This document shows positions 62,461 to 64,000 of a DNA stretch of 64,000 bases, in pieces. Source of the DNA: Isurus oxyrinchus (lineage: Eukaryota); contig JANJGN010000301.1 in the NCBI GenBank assembly GCA_026770705.1, positions 62,001 to 126,000 on the forward strand, in the 5' to 3' direction. The position numbers and the translations under genes were made by a program. Within the stretch, counting starts at the first letter, position 1. Every line of letters starts with the position of its first letter. Below the pieces are notes generated by a model. That model searched no databases. It worked only from the letters and a program-made list of their open reading frames with translations, and was not told the origin of the DNA.

Positions 62461-62781
62461 AGTTGTTTTACAAGATTCTAACTCTGTGCCTCACTGCACA
62501 GTAATAAACCGCCTCGTCCTCCACACTCAGTTGGCTGATTTTGAGGTAACCGTTCTTTTGAGACTGGTCAGCAGCCGCCAGATATCGTCCTGAAATTTCA
62601 TCTTTCTTCAGTGCTATGATATTGGTAATAATCCAGTTTGCAGGCTGTGCCGTCTGCTGCCGATACCATTGCATGTAGTACATATTCCGTTCTCGATATT
62701 CATAGTCTAACTGCAAAGAACCCCCTTCTGACACCGTTATTGCAACCGGTGCCTCTGTTACTGGATGTGCGCATAGTCTGC
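62461..62781 (-). pseudogene. TCR V (family B), open frame, C23>Y, with 12-spacer RSS
   Basis: HPVTEAPVAITVSEGGSLQLDYEY...QWYRQQ...LKISQLSVEDEAVYYCAVR, with no clear leader donor. RSS CACAGAG (62482-62488), 12 bp, AAAACAACT (62461-62469). Confidence 0.85.
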
Positions 62782-63591
62782 CTTTAAGGTAGAGGAACGA
62801 AATATCAAGCGGTTAAACTGTGTTGATCAAAATTTGTTTGTGCTGTGTGAGCCCCGTCCCGCTGAACTGCTGATCCAAACAATGCCAAACAGAGAGCAGC
62901 GGCATCAAACTGCTCAGTAACAGGGGAGGCAAGGCGGGTCAGAGCGACGGCAGCAAACGGAATGTGTGGGCGGCGCTAGAGCAGTAAATGTTGTCACACA
63001 TCGGACCCATTTGTAAGGAGCTGAATTCAATAATAATGTCTCCTTCGAAAGTGATATATCTCTGCCTCTCGATAATAACTGCTGTTCTTTCAGATTTATT
63101 CCAAATTGGAGGCGAGCAGGGTGAACACGTGTGTCAGCATTAGTAAATAATTCAATAATAAATTGAGTTTTCATTGGCTAAACCGTTTAAAACTGGGACA
63201 GAGCCTATGGACGGCTGGGTTAGCATAGTTCTGAGTAAATGTTCAACGAAGTATCAAAGGTTTGAAACCTTTAAACCAAAGTCCGATGAAGGAGATGTCT
63301 GAAAATATGGATAACGCGTGGAGACAGGGCGGGAGAAGGATCAAATCGGCAGGAAAGGCATCCAAAGAGAAAGAAGTGACGTAAGGCACCACAAATTGGT
63401 CCGTAATGTTAATGTTATTACATGTGTAATTTGAAATCGCAAATTAATATTACTGTTGAAATTGTCATTTTTTATTCTTGTAGAAGGCTGTGTTTTTTTG
63501 CAACTTTTCTCACTGTGGAGGCGGGATTATTGCTCCTGTTTTTCGGTTTGAGAGCGCCCTCTGCTGACCACTGACTGGAACTCTCAGTGTG

Positions 63592-63935
63592 GGTTTTTGT
63601 ACGGTATCCGCTATATCTCTGCAGCAGTGTGGGGTCCATCGCACAGAAATATACCGCGCTGTCAGAGATCAGGATGTTACTGATCATGAGTTCGGTAATC
63701 TTTACAGTTTCATTAAACATTGCTGAAAACCGATCACTGATGTCCTTATTTCTGAATGGTATCCCTCCCAGAATATAAAGCATGTACTGTGGAGGCTGCT
63801 CGGGGCGCTGACTGTACCAGTACACATAACGGTTAGAAGTGCTTGTTTTCAATGTGCAAGCTACTGTAATATTACTTTTCTCGTCAAACGTTATTGCAGC
63901 AACCGGCAGTTCCACAATGTCTTGGTGGCTCCAGT
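63592..63935 (-). CDS. Potentially functional TCR alpha/delta V exon (family A); leader outside window
   Basis: Open exon 63632-63935 with C23, YWYSQ and DSAVYFCAMDP. RSS CACACTG (63625-63631), 24 bp, ACAAAAACC (63592-63600). Confidence 0.88.
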
Positions 63936-64000
63936 CTAACATAAAACAATAGCAATAACAACAATCAGTATCAGCCTCATATTGATCAACATAATCATCA

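Overview
Eukaryotic genomic DNA, almost certainly from a cartilaginous fish (shark-type SINE/CR1/Penelope repeats and a NAR-TCR cassette). The window is part of the V-segment array of the T-cell receptor alpha/delta locus. About 24 V segments or relics lie in both orientations, typically as leader exon, phase-1 intron, V exon and recombination signal sequence (RSS). Only about 5-6 have an open V exon with a plausible RSS; the rest are pseudogenes. The centrepiece (44060-47990, minus strand) is a NAR-TCR cassette: leader, IgNAR-like V, J with an IgH-type 23-RSS, and a leaderless supporting V-delta. It is unusual in two ways. No free D is visible, and the NAR-TCR V ends in about 22 extra D-like bases followed by a 12-spacer RSS, consistent with a germline-joined VD that joins J in one step. 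The supporting V-delta carries a tandem duplicate 23-RSS. Two unrelated conventional V pseudogenes upstream on the same strand have each lost exactly 11 bp of spacer (23 to 12). One V family has a CTCF-like motif about 20 bp past its RSS in all four copies. Repeats include a Penelope-like retroelement (RT plus GIY-YIG) with minimal hammerhead-like motifs, CR1 LINEs, tRNA-derived SINEs, minisatellites and two assembly gaps. All calls were made by eye; repeat boundaries are approximate.
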